64,000 bases of DNA, taken from the NCBI RefSeq assembly GCF_028641065.1, contig NW_026576267.1:62001-126000 (forward strand), in the 5' to 3' direction. The notes beneath the pieces were generated by a model. The model saw nothing but the letters and a program-made list of their open reading frames with translations, had not been told where the DNA came from and searched no databases. Each line of letters starts with the position of its first letter. Position 1 is the first letter of the stretch. Shown in pieces: positions 1-13,850 of this stretch. A program made the translations under genes and the position numbers. Origin of the DNA: Leucoraja erinacea (lineage: Eukaryota).

Positions 1-727
1 AATCCCGTCCACGGCACGCGCGCGCATCCGTGGAAGACCAGAGCATGTCGAGGCGAGAACGCACCCCGCCCGAAGATTAGTGTCACTCACACCGTGTCTC
101 CACCCACAGGCTGATAGAAACATAGATAGAAACATAGAAAATAGGTGCAGGAGGAGGCCATTCAGCCCTTCGAGCCAGCACCGCCATTCAATGTGATCAT
201 GGCTGATCGTCCCCTATCAATAACCCGTGCCTGCCTTCTCCCCATATCCCTTGACTCCACTAGCCCCTAGAGCTCTATCTAACTCTCTCTTAAATCCATC
301 CAGTGATTTAGCCTCCACTGCCCTCTGTGGCAGGAATTCCACAAATTCACAACTCTCTGGTTAAAATGTTTTTCTCACCTCAGTCTTAAATGGCCTCCCC
401 TTTATTCTAAGACTGTGTGTGGCCCCTGGTTTTGGACTCGCCCAACATTGGAAACATTTTTCCTGCATCAAGCTTGTCCAGTCCTTTAATAATTTTATAT
501 GTTTCTATATGATCCCCCCTCATCCTTCTAAACTCCAGTGAATACAAGCCCAGTCTTTTCAATCTTTCCTCATATGACAGTCCCGCCATCCCAGGGATCA
601 ATCTCATGAACCTACGCTGCACTGCCTCAATCACAACGATGTCCTTCCTCAAATTAGGAGACCAAAATCAGAGAGCTCCCTCTCTCTCGCGCTCTTTGAC
701 CAGTTGTGCATGCTGGGATGAAGTTAC

Positions 728-887
728 CTCTGCAGAGTTCTCCTGTGCTTTTGTCCTCGCTGGTGGGCGGGCGTCCATCGCAGAATTTGACCTCTCCCAG
801 CGCTCTCCTGAACTCTGGCTGGTTCACGCACGTTTCGAACCAGCGGTTGGCGTTTACGAACGGCTTTCTGAACTCAGGATTGAAGAC
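728..887 (-). CDS. VARS1: VARS1 third coding exon; the gene continues beyond the left edge
   Basis: VFNPEFRKPFVNANRWFETCVNQPEFRRALGEVKFCDGRP (human: [21 protein letters not shown]). Acceptor ttgcAG at 889-888, donor G|GTAACT after 728. Confidence 0.9.
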
Positions 888-1614
888 CTGCAAGGGGGGG
901 GGAAGGAGACGCAAAGAGGCGTCAACTCCAAAGATGGTTGAACGCGATAATCGTGCGATTCAATCCCATTTACAAGTTCGCCAGCTGAGACAAGAGACAT
1001 GAATGAATGAATGAATGAATGGATGAATAAATGGCCAAGTATTCACATACAAGGAATTTTCCTTGGTGCTCCACCCGCAAGTTACAACATGATATACAGT
1101 AATAGTTAAGTATGAATAGTTAGGACAAGGTGCAGGAGTAGGCCATTCGGCCCTTAGAGCCAGCACCGCCATTCAATATGATCTTCTTCTGAGGCACTGC
1201 CTCAATCCCAAGGATGTCCTTCCTCAAACTAGGAGACCAAAACTGCACACAATGCTGCAGATGCAGTCTCGCCAGAGCTCTATACAACTGCAGAAGGGCC
1301 TCTTTGCTCCTGTACTCAATTCCTCTTGTTATGAAGGCCAACATGATATTCGCTTTCCTTGCTGCACTGGTTCCCAACATCGGGAACATGTTTCCTGCCT
1401 CCAGCGTGTCCAAACCCTTAATAATCTTATATGTTTCAATGAGATCCCCTCTCATCCTTCTAAACTCCAGAGTGTACAAGCCCAGCCGCTCCATTCTCTC
1501 AGCATATGACAGTCCTGCCATCCCGGGAATTAACCTTGTAAAACCTACGCTGCACTCCCTCAATAGCAAGAACGTCCCGCAGTAACCTCGGGCCAACCGC
1601 CACTGCCGACTTAC

Positions 1615-1758
1615 GTGTTGGTATGGGAGCAGCAGGGCACAGCTCACGGCAACGTCCGCCAAGGTGATCTTCTCCCCCACCAGGTACGTTCTCAACCTGA
1701 GGTGATCATCGAGGAACCTCAGCGTCTTCCGCAGCTCCACCTGTGCCCGGTCCACAGC
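1615..1758 (-). CDS. VARS1: VARS1 second coding exon (GST-C-like domain)
   Basis: AVDRAQVELRKTLRFLDDHLRLRTYLVGEKITLADVAVSCALLLPYQH. Pyrimidine tract plus AG at 1760-1759, donor GTAAGT after 1615. 144 nt, phase 0/0. Confidence 0.92.
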
Positions 1759-4700
1759 CTGGGGGGGGGGAAGAGCAGACACACTAAACCAACAAGAGTC
1801 AAGTCATGAGTCAAGTGAGTTTATTGTCATGTGTCCCAGATAGGACAATGAAATTCTTGCTTTGCTTCAGCACAACAGAACATAGTAGGCATTGACTACA
1901 GAACAGATCAGTGTGTCCATATACCATTATAACCAAATAACCAAGCTGACCTCATCTATTGCATCCGCTGCTCTAGATGTCAGCAGATCTATATCGGTGA
2001 GACCAAGCGGAGGTTGGGCGATCGTTTCGCCGAACACCTCCGCTCGGTCCGCATTAACCAAGCTGACCTCCCGGTGGCTCAGCACTTCAACTCCCCCTCC
2101 CACTCCGTCTCCGACCTCTCTGTCCTGGGTCTCCTCCATGGCCACAGCGAGCAACACCGGAAATTGGAGGAACAGCACCTCATATTCCGTTTGGGGAGTC
2201 TGCATCCTGGGGGCATGAACATCGAATTCTCCCAATTTTGTTAGTCCTTGCTGTCTCCTCCCCTTCCTCAGTCCCCCTGCTGTCTCCTCCCATCCCCCAG
2301 CCTTTGGGCTCCTCCTCCTTTTTCCTTTCTTGTCCCCGCCCCCGATCAGTCTGAAGAAGGGTTTCGGCCCGAAACGTTGCCTATTTCCTTCGCTCCATAG
2401 ACGCTGCTGCACCCGCTGAGTTTCTCCAGCTTTTTTGTGTACCTACCATTATATAAATATATACACACATGAATAAATAAACTGATAAAGTGCAAATAAA
2501 AGAAAATGGGTTATTAAAATTCAGAGATTTGTCTGAGCCAAGTTTAATAGCCTGATGGCTGTGGGGAAGTAGCTATTCCTGAACCTGGTTGTTGCAGTCT
2601 TCAGGTTCCTGTACCTTCTACCTGAAGGTAGTGAGGAGATGAGTAGACGAGATGGTATATATACACCATAGACCATATATGTACACACATAAATAAACAG
2701 ATAATGTTCCAGGAGCCACACAGTCTTAGAATAAAAGGGAGGCCATTTCAGACTGAGGTGAGAAAAAAAAATTTCACCCAGAGTTGTGAATTTATAGAAT
2801 TCCCTGCCACAGAGGGCAATGGAGGCCAAGTCACTGGATGGATTTACGAGAGAGTTAGATGGAGCTCTAGGGGTTAGTGGAATCAAGGGATATGGGGAGA
2901 AGGCAGGCACGGGTTACTGATTGGGGCTGATCAGCCATGATCACAATGAATGGCGGTGCTGGCTCGAAGTTGCCGAATGGCCTCCTCCTGCACCTATTTT
3001 CTATGTTTCTATGTTTTCTCCAGGATGTTCCACAATTTAAAGCCATAGAGTGATACAGCGTGAAAACAGGCCCTTCGGCCCAACTTGCGCACACTGGTCC
3101 CACTTGCCTGCGTTTGGTCCGTATCTCTCCAAACCTGTCCTATCCATGTACCTGTCCAACTGTTTCTTTAAACGTTGGGATAGTCCCAGCCTCAACTACC
3201 TCTTCTGGCAGCTTGTTCCATACACCCACCTGTGTTGAAAAGTTACCCCTCAAATTCCTATTAGATCTTTTTCCCTTCACCTTCAACCTATGTCCTCTGG
3301 TCCTCGATTCCCCTACTCTGGGCAAGAGACTCTGTGCGTCTTCCCGATGTTTTCCTCTTATGATTTTGTACACCTCAATAAGATCCCACCTCATCCTCCT
3401 GCGCTCCATGGAATAGAGACCCAGCCTACTCAACCTCTCCCGATAGAGGGGGTTGCCGGTCAGTGTGGATTCGATGGACCGAAGGGCCTGTATCCACGCT
3501 GTAGCTCGATACCAAACTCAACCAACATTTGTGTGGTAAGGAATTGCAGGTGCTGGTTTAAACTGAAGATGGACACAAAGTGCTGGAGTAACTCAGCGGG
3601 ACAGGCAGCATCTCTGGAGAGAAGGAATGGGTGACGTTTCGGGTCTGAAGAAGGGTCTGGACTTGGAATGTCATCCTGGATCTAGGTCTGGATGTCGAAC
3701 GCAGAAAAACTCTTCGTGGAGCTTCACTCAGCAATGGACAATTTTATACTGGACAATGTTTACATTTACACCAAGACAATTAACCTACAAACCTGTACGT
3801 CTTTGGAGTGTGGGAGGAAACCGAAGATCTCGGAGAAAACCCACGCAGGTCACGGGGAGAATGTACACATTCTGCACAGAGGTCCTTCTGCAGTGGCACA
3901 GGGCCCTAGTGAGACCACACCAGGAGTATTGTGTGCAGTTTTAATTTGAGGAAGGACATTCTTGCTATTGAGGGAGCGCAGTGTAGATTCACCAGGTTAA
4001 TTCCCGGGATGGCGGGACTGTCATATGCTGAGAGAATGGAGCGGCTGGGCTTGTACACTCTGGAGTTTAGGAGGATGAGAGGGAATCTTATTGAAACATG
4101 TAATATTATTAAGCGTTTGGACACGCTAGAGGCAGGAAACATGTTCCCGATGTTGTGGGAGTCCAGAACCAGGGGCCACACAGTTTAAGAATAAGGGGTA
4201 AGCCATTTAGAATGGTGACGAGGAAACACTTTTTCTCACAGGGAGTTGAGGGTCTGTGGAATTCTCTGCCTCAGAGGGCGGTGGAGGCCGGTTCTCTGGA
4301 TACTTTCAAGAGAGAGCTAGATGGGGCTCTTAAAGATAGCGGAGTCAGGGGATATGGGGAGAAGGCAGGAATGGGGTACTGGTTGGGGATGATCAGCCAT
4401 GATTATATTGAATGGCGGTGCTGGCTCGAAGGGCCGAATGGCCTACTCCTGCACCTATTGTCTATTGACAACACACCCATAGTCGGGATTGAACCCGGGT
4501 GTCCGGCGCTGCATTCGCTGTAAGGCAGAAACTCTACCGCTGCGCCACCGTGTCTGTCCAAAGATGTCCTCTCCAGAGATGCTGGTTGTCCCACTTTCAC
4601 AACTTAATTCAAAACCATTGCCGAGTTTAAAGGAGCTAAAAAAAAAAATCAAGATCGTAATAATCTATGAATTCCTACGACTGTGTTCACGAACTCCTAT

Positions 4701-5393
4701 GAATATGTCTACGAATTCCCACGACTATTTCAATGCCCTCCTTAAGGGCCAGTCCTACTTTCCCGAGTTATTCACGAATTCTCCCGAGTCCGTAGGTGTC
4801 CGTGGATATATCGCAGTGGCTCGTTGTGCCAGTCGTAGGTACTCGGGGCTATTTTGTTACTCGTGGACATTTTTTATCAGGCTGCGTAAACGTCCTGACT
4901 TACCTGATGGTCTGTGGAATTCTCTACCTCAGAGGGCGGTGGAGGCCGGTTCTCTGGATGCTTTCAAGAGAGAGCTAGATAGGGCTCTTAAAGATAGCGG
5001 AGTCAGGGGATATGTGGAGAAGGCAGGAATGGGGTACTGATTGGGGATGATCAGCCATGATCACATTGAATGGCGGTGCTGAATGGCCTACTCCTGCACT
5101 TACTGTCTATTGTCTATTTCGATGCCCTCCTTACGAGTAAAAAGTTGTAATTTCTTTCGTCCCAACCATTTTTTAACTCGTGGACATTTTTTTATCGGGC
5201 AGAAAAAAACGACCCGACTTATCTGATGCCATGAGCACCTACGGCTGGCATAACGGGCCTCTACGATATATCTACAAAGTCCTACGATCTCCTACGGACT
5301 AGTTACGAACATTCTGCGAGTTTGAATCAAGGGGGAAACTCGTGAATTACCTGGTGTAAGTGGGACAGGCCAAGCCAGACAAAGTTCTCCTAC

Positions 5394-5741
5394 CTGTTTG
5401 TTGTGCTTCAAGAGGCCGATGGCGGGGAAGGTCGAGGCGCAGGCGATCGGCAGCAGCTCGATGTCGGCGTAGCTCGTCCACTGCCGCACCAGGGCAGCCT
5501 CCTCGCCGCAGGAGCCCCTCATCTCCGCCGGGGCCAGGAGGTGAGATACCGCCGCGCCGCCCCACACATGCCCTCCAGACTCTGCCTCTATCGCCGGCAG
5601 CCCGGCCACGTCGCCCGCAGACGCCCCCCTCCTCGTGTCCACCAACCTCGCCCTCTGTCCGCCGTACTCCAGGGCCACCAGCACCTGGGCGTTGTGGGCG
5701 CTGTGCGGGTGGGGGGAGAGGTAGAGTGCGGGCAGTGCCAT
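5394..5741 (-). CDS. VARS1: Valyl-tRNA synthetase 1, first coding exon (GST-like N-terminal domain)
   Basis: MALPALYLSPHPHSAH...GHVWGGAAVSHLL...LVRQWTSYADIELLPIACASTFPAIGL matches the vertebrate VARS1 N-terminus (MSTLYVSPHP...VWGATAVAQLL...VQQWVSYADTELIPAAC). ATG at 5741, acceptor ttgcAG before 5768, phase-0 donor CAG|GTAGGA after 5394. Confidence 0.92.
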
Positions 5742-5779
5742 CGTTCGTGAGAAGGGTCCTGCCTCCGGCTGCAACGGTG

Positions 5780-6125
5780 GGGAGAGAGGAGGGAGGGAAG
5801 GAGGGAGGGGAGAGGTGGAGGGAGGGAGGGGAGAGGTGAGGTGGAGGGAGGGAGATAGTGACAGAGGTACGGAAGGGGTGGGAAAGAAAGAGAATGAATT
5901 AATGAATACTTTATGTACATCTGTATTTTATGATGTTTTTTATATGTAACGTATTTTATGTAATGTTGCGAGGGGGAGGAGGGGGGAGAGGAGAGGAATG
6001 GGGGGAGAGGAGAGGAATGGGGGAGAGGAGAGGAATGGGGGGAGAGGAGAGGAATGGGGGGGGGAGGAAGCAATGTGGGGAGAGGGGAGGAATGGGGGGG
6101 GGGGGCAATGTGCGGGGGTGAGGAG
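5780..6125. repeat. Polypurine / G-rich low-complexity tract with GGGGGAGAGGAGAGGAAT-type repeats
   Basis: Directly visible repeated G-runs upstream of the VARS1 ATG exon. Confidence 0.8.
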
Positions 6126-6299
6126 TGTCGAGGAGAGGGATATTCTCACATCACTGCACCACTCCAATTCAAAGCAACACACTTTCAGGGGAAAAGCTGA
6201 AGTTTCCAAAACAAAACTTGGAAGATCAGAAAAAGCAAACGAAGCCTCCTCAATACGGTGCCAGATTAAATGAGAGGAGAGAGGGGAGGGACCTGCAAA

Positions 6300-6960
6300 G
6301 TCGCTGGGTTTATCGCAGGTGACAAGGCGGGTTAACCGGTGGCTGCATGCAGCCTGACAGCCGATTGCATCAGCTGCTCATGTCGCCCCGGCCCGCGGAA
6401 GTGCTACAGGTTGATCGCTGGGGCGGTGGTTGTGGGCGAGACGGCGGCGGGGATGGGGCTGGGACATGGGGCGCCGCGACACCGTCTCGGTGTTCGGAAA
6501 TGGAACGCCGATACATTGTCTCGGTGTTCGGAATGGAACGTGTATACATTGTCCTCCCGGGGTTCCAATGGAACGCGGCGACATGGCCTCGGTGTTCGGA
6601 ATGGAACGCGGCCTGACCAAACGTTCCATGTTACAGCCCTCCTCCTCGTCTAACCCTTGGTCACCAGCTCTCTCTATCCCTCTCCCTCTCTGTCTCCCCC
6701 ACTTCTCACCGGCTACGCCGTCCACACTGACTGTCAACCGCGTGGAACAAGTCTAACTAGGACCCTCCAACCTCAACCCGGTCACCGCCACCTCCCCCGA
6801 ATTACCCGCCAGCAGCAAGGAACTCCAAACGCCTTTACACCATTGTCTTATACTTCTATTTATCTCAAGTTAAGGGGGGCAAGATGTACAAACCTTCTGC
6901 AAGTTACTGCTGCGAAAAATACGTCGCTTCCTGTCTAGTCCCCTCCAGGCACTGGAAAAG
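6300..6960 (-). promoter_or_regulatory. Probable VARS1 promoter / non-coding first exon (CpG-rich)
   Basis: CpG-rich unique sequence upstream of the spliced ATG exon. Candidate donor GCGG|GTAATT near 6806 and an ETS-like cttcctgt near 6927. TSS not determined. Confidence 0.4.
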
Positions 6961-9801
6961 ACACATAAAAATAAGGGCAGCGAGATTTTTTTCCGTTGCA
7001 ATCACTGACACCTAGTGGCTGGAAGACTTGGTACGTTCGCAGCAGTAAACTAGATGTCAGGACCAGAGATTCTGGTCAAGACTCACCCAGTTACAGTAAA
7101 TGGAAAATGAAAGAGTCAAGAGTGTTTTATTGTCATATGTCCCGGACGGTACAATTAAATTCTTACTTGCTGCAACACAAAAGAGTATGTGAATATGTAA
7201 ACATTGTACATAACGGGGGAAAAAAAAAGTTAAATAAATAACAAACATAATGAAAATAACAAATAATAATATAGTCTTTGGCAGTTCAGAGCTCAGAGCT
7301 TATTCGTTGTCGGTTTTTAATGGCCTGATGAATGTGGGGAAGCAGCTGTTCCTGAACCTGGACGTTACTGTTTTCAGGCTCCTCTACCTTCTTCCTGATG
7401 GCAGTGGTGAGATGAGTGTGTGGCCAGGATGGTGTGGGTCCTTGATGATTTGGCTGCCTTTTTGAGGCAGCGACTACGATAGATCTCTTCGATGGGGTGG
7501 TCAAAGCCGGTGATGGATTGGGCAGAGGACACCACTTTTTGTAGTCTTTTTAGCTCCTGGACGTTCAAGTTGCTGATGCAACCAGTCAGAATGGTCTCTA
7601 CTGTACACCTGTAGCAGTTTAGGAGAATCCTCTTCGACATGAGACGTGTTTACATCGTGTGTTTACATCAAATGCGGTTGACTAACCCTTATTTTGGAAT
7701 CGCATCTCCTTGAAGTTGAAGAGTCATACAACACATTCGCGTGTTGAAACAAGGAACTGCAGATGCTGGGTTACAACAACAAAAAGTGCTGGAGTAATTA
7801 GGCCGAGTCAGGCAGCAAATCTGGAGAAGAAAAAGAAATAAGGAATTTCCGCCACCTCCAACGGGATCCCACCACTGGCCACATCTTCCCATCTCCTCCA
7901 CTTTCTGCTTTCCGCAGAGACCACTCCCTCTGTAACTCCCTGGTCAATTCGTACCTTCCCACCCAAACCACCCCCTCCTCTAGTACTTTCCCCTGCAATC
8001 GCAGTAAATGCTACACTTGTCGCTTTACCTCCCCCCTCAACTCCATTCAAGGACCCAAGCAGTCGTTCCAGGTGCGGCAGAGGTTCACCTGCACCTTCTC
8101 CAACTTCATCTATTGCATCCGCTGTTCCAGGTGTCGGCTGCTCTACATTGGTGAGACCAAGCGCAGGCTCGGCGATCGTTTTGCTGAACACTTCCACTCA
8201 GTCCGCCTTAACCTGCCCGGTCTCCCAGTGGCTCAGCACTTCAACTCCCCCTCCCTTTTCCAATCTGACCTTTCTGTCCTGGGCCTCCTCCATGGCCAGA
8301 GTGAGGCCCAGCGCAAATTCGAGGAGCAGCACCTCATATTTCGCTTGGGTCCCAGCGGAATGAACATTGACTTCTCCAATTTCAGGTAGTCCCTGCGTTC
8401 TCTCTGCATCCCCTCCCCTTCCCAGCTCTCCCACAGCCCACCGTCTCCGCCTCTTCCTTTCTTCTTCCCACCCCACCCCCCCCACATCAGTCTGAAGAAG
8501 GGTCTCGACCGGAAACATCGCCAATTCCTTTGCTCCATAGATGTTGCCTCACCCGCTGAGTTGTCAAACGTACCCGGAACTACCCAAGCTGTTCCTCCAA
8601 TTTGCGGTGGGCCTCACTCTGGCCATGGAGGAGGCCCAGGACAGAAAGGTCGGATTGGGAATGGGAGGGGAAGTTGAAGTGCTGAACCACCGTGAAATCG
8701 GGTTGGTTATTGCGAACCGCGGAGGTATTGGGTGAAGCGATCGCCGAGCCTGCGCTTGGTCTCACCGATTAAGAGCAGCTGACACCTAGAGCAGCGGATG
8801 CAACAGATGACTATAGGGGGCGCCGTCCTGTGTGGTATGGCTGCCCAGCCTGCAGCTGTTCGTTTTTCACTCTTTTAATTTATTTTTAGTGAGTTTTAGT
8901 GTTTTGTTTTTGGAGCTCTAGTCTTTTTTATGTGGTGGGGGGGGGACTATTTTTCAGGGTCCCTACCTGGTCGGAGAGGCAGCTTTTCGACCCGTCCTCG
9001 CGGCCGACCAGTAGGGCCTGGAGCCGAGATCACCAGTGGTGGAGCTCCATCCAGTGCGGCCTGTCAGCTTCGGAAGCCGCGGTCTCCGGTAAGGAAGCGG
9101 CCGTTCCAGATGTCCCAAGCCGCTGAGAGGATTCTCCCAACGCCGGAGCACCATCACCCGGTGAGAACGGCCTGGAAACTCGGGCCTCCGTGGAGGCGAC
9201 TGCGGAGGTCTCAATAGGCCCGACTGTGGGTGAACATGGGATGGGGACTGGACTTTGTGCCTTCCCTCATAATGGGAACCATTGTGGGGGGATGTTTTTA
9301 TGTTTTAAATTTCTTTATTATTGTTGTGTCTGTATTCTTTCTTTATGTGCTGCATTGGCAAGAAACATTTCACTACACCTAGGTGTATGTGACCAATAAA
9401 AATAACCTAACCTTTGAAGGTTGTCCATTGTCTATTGATTGACTATTTGGCGCCAGTTATATACATTCTGATTCCCGCCAAGACCTGTCTTCATTTTAGT
9501 CTGACCCCCATCCTTCACGGATCCCCAACTTGTGCAGGGTTTTCACTTTGTTTTCCCTTCTCTGATTTCTACCTACAGTCTGATCTTGGACGACCAGTCC
9601 TCACCCTTGACTCCCCTTCATTTCTCCCTGTGGTTTATGGTGAGCTCTCCTTTGCCTCGGCTATTGAATGGCCAGATCTCAGGAACCTTGCACCTCCCAT
9701 TGGACTCTGACCTTTGTGAATGGCCATTGCCATGCGAGATACAGACCTGATGACCCCACAGTCTTCCCTCCACAGTCTCCAGCCTTAATATGAATATGAA
9801 T

Positions 9802-9843
<42 letters not shown>

Positions 9844-11801
9844 TATAATATATAATAATACACTGTAATTCCACTGTAAATACGTACACTGAAATTTCAG
9901 GCGCACTGCCCAAGTGGAGCTCCAACATATCAGATAAATAATAACACAATGGAAGCAGCAAAAGGCAAGAAAAACGTCGTCAGAATGTACTATATTTAAG
10001 TAAGTAAGTAAGTTTATTGGCCAAGTATTCACATACAAGGAATTAGCCTTGGTGCTCCGCCCACAAGTAACAACATGACATACAGTGACAGTTACGAATG
10101 ACTCAGAAAACACTAAACATTAATAATAATAATAAGACATTAATGATAAAACACCATTGATCAAGCATGTGAACCAACAAAATACCAGATCAAAGGGAGG
10201 CTACAGATTTTTGGCTGTTGAGTAGAGCCACTACTCGTGGATAAAAACTGTTTTTATGTCTGGCTGTGGCGGCTTTGACAGTCCGGAATCGCCTTCCAGA
10301 GGGAAGTGAGTCAAAGAGTTTGTGGCCAGGGTGAGAGGGGTCAGAGATGATCTTGCCCGCTCGCTTCCTGGCCCTTGCAGTGTACAGTTCATCAATGGAG
10401 GGAAGGTTGCAGCCAATAACCTTCTCTGATGATCGGACGATTCGCTGCAGACTCCAGGTGTCGTGCTTGGTGGCTGAGCCAAACCAGACCATGATGGAGA
10501 AGGTGAGAATAGATTCTACGATGGCCGTGTAAAATTGGACCATCATTGCCTGTGGCAGATTGTGCTTCCTCAGCTGCCGCATGAAGTACATCCTCTGTTG
10601 TGCCTATTCACAGTCAAATAGGCACAACAGAGGATGTACTTCATGCGGTACTCCACAGAGTCGATGGTAGCCCCCCACTTAAGGTCCTTGGAGATGATGG
10701 TTCCCAGGAACTTAAAAGACTCCACAGATGTGACTGTGGTGTTGTTGATGGTGAGTGGGGTGAGCTCTCCTAAAGTCTACAATCAATTCCACTATCTTAA
10801 GAGCATTGAGCTCTAACTCAGCAGGACAGGCAGCATCTCTGGAGAGAAGGGATGGGTGACGTTTCGGGTCAAGACCCTTCTTCAGATTTAAGGTGAACGG
10901 GAAAAGATTGAATAGGAAACTGAGGGGTAACATTTTCCACACAAAGGGTTGTGGGTGTCTGGAACGAGCTGCCAGAAGAGATAGTTGAGGCTGGGTCAAT
11001 CCCTACGTTTGCGGAACAGTTAAACAGGGTAGGTTTGGAGGGATATGGAGCAAAGGTGGGGAGGTGGGGCTGGTGTAACTGGGACATATGAGGTGAGAAG
11101 GTGCCTGATAGTGTAATCACTGTAATCACTATATGACGGGGTCGACAACCTACGGCCCACAGGCTTGTACACTCTGGAATTTAGAAGGATGAGAGAGGGC
11201 ATCTTATTGAACCATGTAAGATTATTAAGGGTGTTCAAGAAGGAACCGCAGATGCTGGAAAATCGAAGGTAGACAAAATTGCTGGAGAAACTCAGCGGGT
11301 ACGGCAGCATCTATGGAGCATAGATCCATAGATGCTGACTCACCCTCCAAGATTATTAAGGGTTTGGACACACCAGAGGCAGGAAACATGTTCCTGACAT
11401 TGGGGGGAGTCCAGAACCGGGGGGCCACACAGTTTAAGAATAAGGGGTGAGCCGTTTTGAATGGAGACGAGGAAACAATTTTTTCACACAGAGTTGTGAG
11501 TGTGGAATCTTCTGCCTCAGATGGCAGTGGAGGCCGGTTCGATGGATACTTTAAAGGTCGAGGAATCAGTGGATATGGGGGGTATGTTTAATGTTAAATT
11601 CCTTGATAATGTTATGTTGTATTCTTATTAATGTGCTGCAATGGCAACTCAAATTTCACTACCCCAATTGATGTATGTGACAATAAATGAACCTTTGAAC
11701 CGTTGAACCTTTTGAACCTTTGAGAAGGCAGGAACGGGGTACTGATTGTGGATGATCCTCCATGATCATATTGAATGGCGGTGCTGGCTCGAAGGGCCGA
11801 A

Positions 11802-11850
<49 letters not shown>

Positions 11851-12410
11851 TTATTGGCCAAGTATTCACATACAAGGAATTCTCCAGAACAAGGGGTCAC
11901 AGTTTAAGGATAAGGGGGAAATCTTTTAGGACCGAGATGAGGAAAACTTTTTTCGCGCAGAGAGTGGTGAATCTCTGGAATTCTCTGCCGCAGAAGGTAG
12001 TTGAGGCCAGTTCATTGGCTATATTTAAGAGGGAGTTAGATGTGGCCCTTGTGGCTAAAGGGAACAGGGGGTATGGAGAGAAGGCAGGAACAGGATACTG
12101 AGTTGGATGATTAGCCCTGATCATATTGAATGGCGGTGCAGGCTCGAAGGGCCGAATGGCCTACTCCTGCACCTAATTTCTATGTTTCTATGTTTCTATG
12201 TGCTCCGCCCGCAAGTAACAACATGACATACAGTGACAGTTACGAATGAATCGGAAAACACTAAACATTAATAATAATAAAACATTAATGATAAAACACC
12301 ATTGATCAAGCATGTGAACCAACAAAATGCCAGATCAAAGTGAGGCTACAGATTTTTGGCTGTTGAGTAGAGTAAAAAATGTTTTTATGTCTGGCTATGG
12401 CAGCTTTATC

Positions 12411-12800
12411 CAAAGATCTGATAGCGAGGAAGATAGTCCACTCGACGAAAAAAACGTAGTACGGGCATGGGCAGTTTCATGGGTCATTTTCGGCCCCATT
12501 TCCGTAACAGGCTTCCGTCTCCCCACCAAAGATCCCATAGGCTACTAGTGCGGAGACGGAAGCTGGTTACGGAAACATCCTCATAAAAATAAAAGTAATT
12601 TGGTAATAATCTTCTCCTCATTTTCAGAATTTTAATTTATTAACACAAACTGTTCCCCTGCAACATTGATTACACTGCGAGTCGGGTCGGGTTATTGAAA
12701 TGGATGAAAAAAAGGCCCACGTTCCGCTCCGTTGCGTACTACACGTCAGCCCATTGCATTTAGAAGGAGTGGTCTATCTTGCTCTGCTACAGGATCTTTG
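12411..12800. mobile_element. Non-autonomous DNA transposon (hAT-like, CAAAGAT termini), 390 bp
   Basis: Ends CAAAGATC...GATCTTTG, flanked by gctttatc / gctttgac. Inverted homolog of 25499-25984. Confidence 0.75.
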
Positions 12801-12829
12801 GCTTTGACAATCCGGAGTCACCTCCTGAA

Positions 12830-13637
12830 ACTATTGTCTATTGTCTATTGTCTGTAGTCTGTAGTCTATAGTCTATAGTCTATTATCTATTGTCTATAGT
12901 CTATAGTCTATTGTCTATAGTCTATATGTAGTCTATAGTCTATAGTCTATAGTCTATTGTCTGTAGTCTATTGTATATAGTCTGTAGTCTATAGTCTATA
13001 GTCTATAGTCTGTAGTCTATAGTCTATTGACTGTAGTCTATAGTCTATTGTCTATTATCTATAGTCTGTAGTCTATAGTCTATAGTCTATAGTCTATTGT
13101 CTGTAGTCTATTGTATATAGTCTGTAGTCTATAGTCTATAGTCTATAGTCTGTAGTCTATAGTCTATTGACTGTAGTCTATTGTCTATAGCCTATTGTCT
13201 GTAGTCTATAGTCTATTGTCTATAGTCTATTGTCTGTAGTCTAGTCTATTGTCTATAGTCTATAGTCTGGAGTCTATTGTCTATAATCTATTAACTGTAG
13301 TCTATAGTCTATAGTCTATAGTCTATTAACTGTAGTCTATAGTCTGTAGTCTATTGTCTATAGTCTGTAGTCTATTGTCTATAGTCTGTAGTCTGCAGTC
13401 TATAGTCTGTAGTCTATAGTCTATAATCTATAGTCTATAGTCTATAGTCTGTAGTCTATAGTCTATAATCTATTAACTGTAGTCTGTAGTCTATAGTCTG
13501 TAGTCTATTGTCTATAGTCTATAGTCTGTAGTCTATAGTCTGTAGTCTATAGTCTATAGTCTATAGTCTATAGTCTATAGTCTATAGTCTATTAATAGTC
13601 TGTAGTCTATAGTCTATAATCTATTGTCCATTGTCTA
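12830..13637. repeat. About 800-bp 7-mer tandem array (TAGTCTA / TAGTCTG / TTGTCTA)
   Basis: Continuous 7-bp periodicity, beginning as (TATTGTC)n. Confidence 0.97.
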
Positions 13638-13659
13638 CTGGGTCCATGAAGTGGTCTTT

Positions 13660-13805
13660 GGACCAACGGCCACGTGGAAGCGGGATCTCATTTGCATGGG
13701 GCCCACGAGCCACCAATCGTCTGCGGCGGAATGTCCGGGGCGGGAGCCAATGGGAATGGCGGCGCTGTGCTATCCCTCATTTGCATGCGGCCACCTATGA
13801 AAGGG
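13660..13805 (+). promoter_or_regulatory. H2B-type promoter with two octamers, two CCAAT boxes and a TATA-like box
   Basis: ATTTGCAT at 13690-13697 and 13779-13786; CCAAT at 13713 and 13747; TATGAAA at 13796. Confidence 0.8.
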
Positions 13806-13850
13806 GGTGGCCCGGCGCGCCCGGGGCACAGTCGGCGGCGGCCACGGACG

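Noticed and set aside
9-33. Small GC hairpin ccacgg...ccgtgg in a VARS1 intron as a possible snoRNA
   Set aside because: Truncated by the window edge and no convincing C/D or H/ACA boxes.
728-5741. EEF1G or a glutathione S-transferase as the identity of the GST-like exons
   Set aside because: The LYLSPHP start, VWGGAAV and QWTSYAD.EL.P.AC motifs and the LSM2 neighbour fit VARS1 better.
13674-13850. 59-aa N-terminal extension of the H2B shown in the ORF track
   Set aside because: It starts at GTG and runs through the octamer, CCAAT and TATA elements; ATG 13851 is the credible start.
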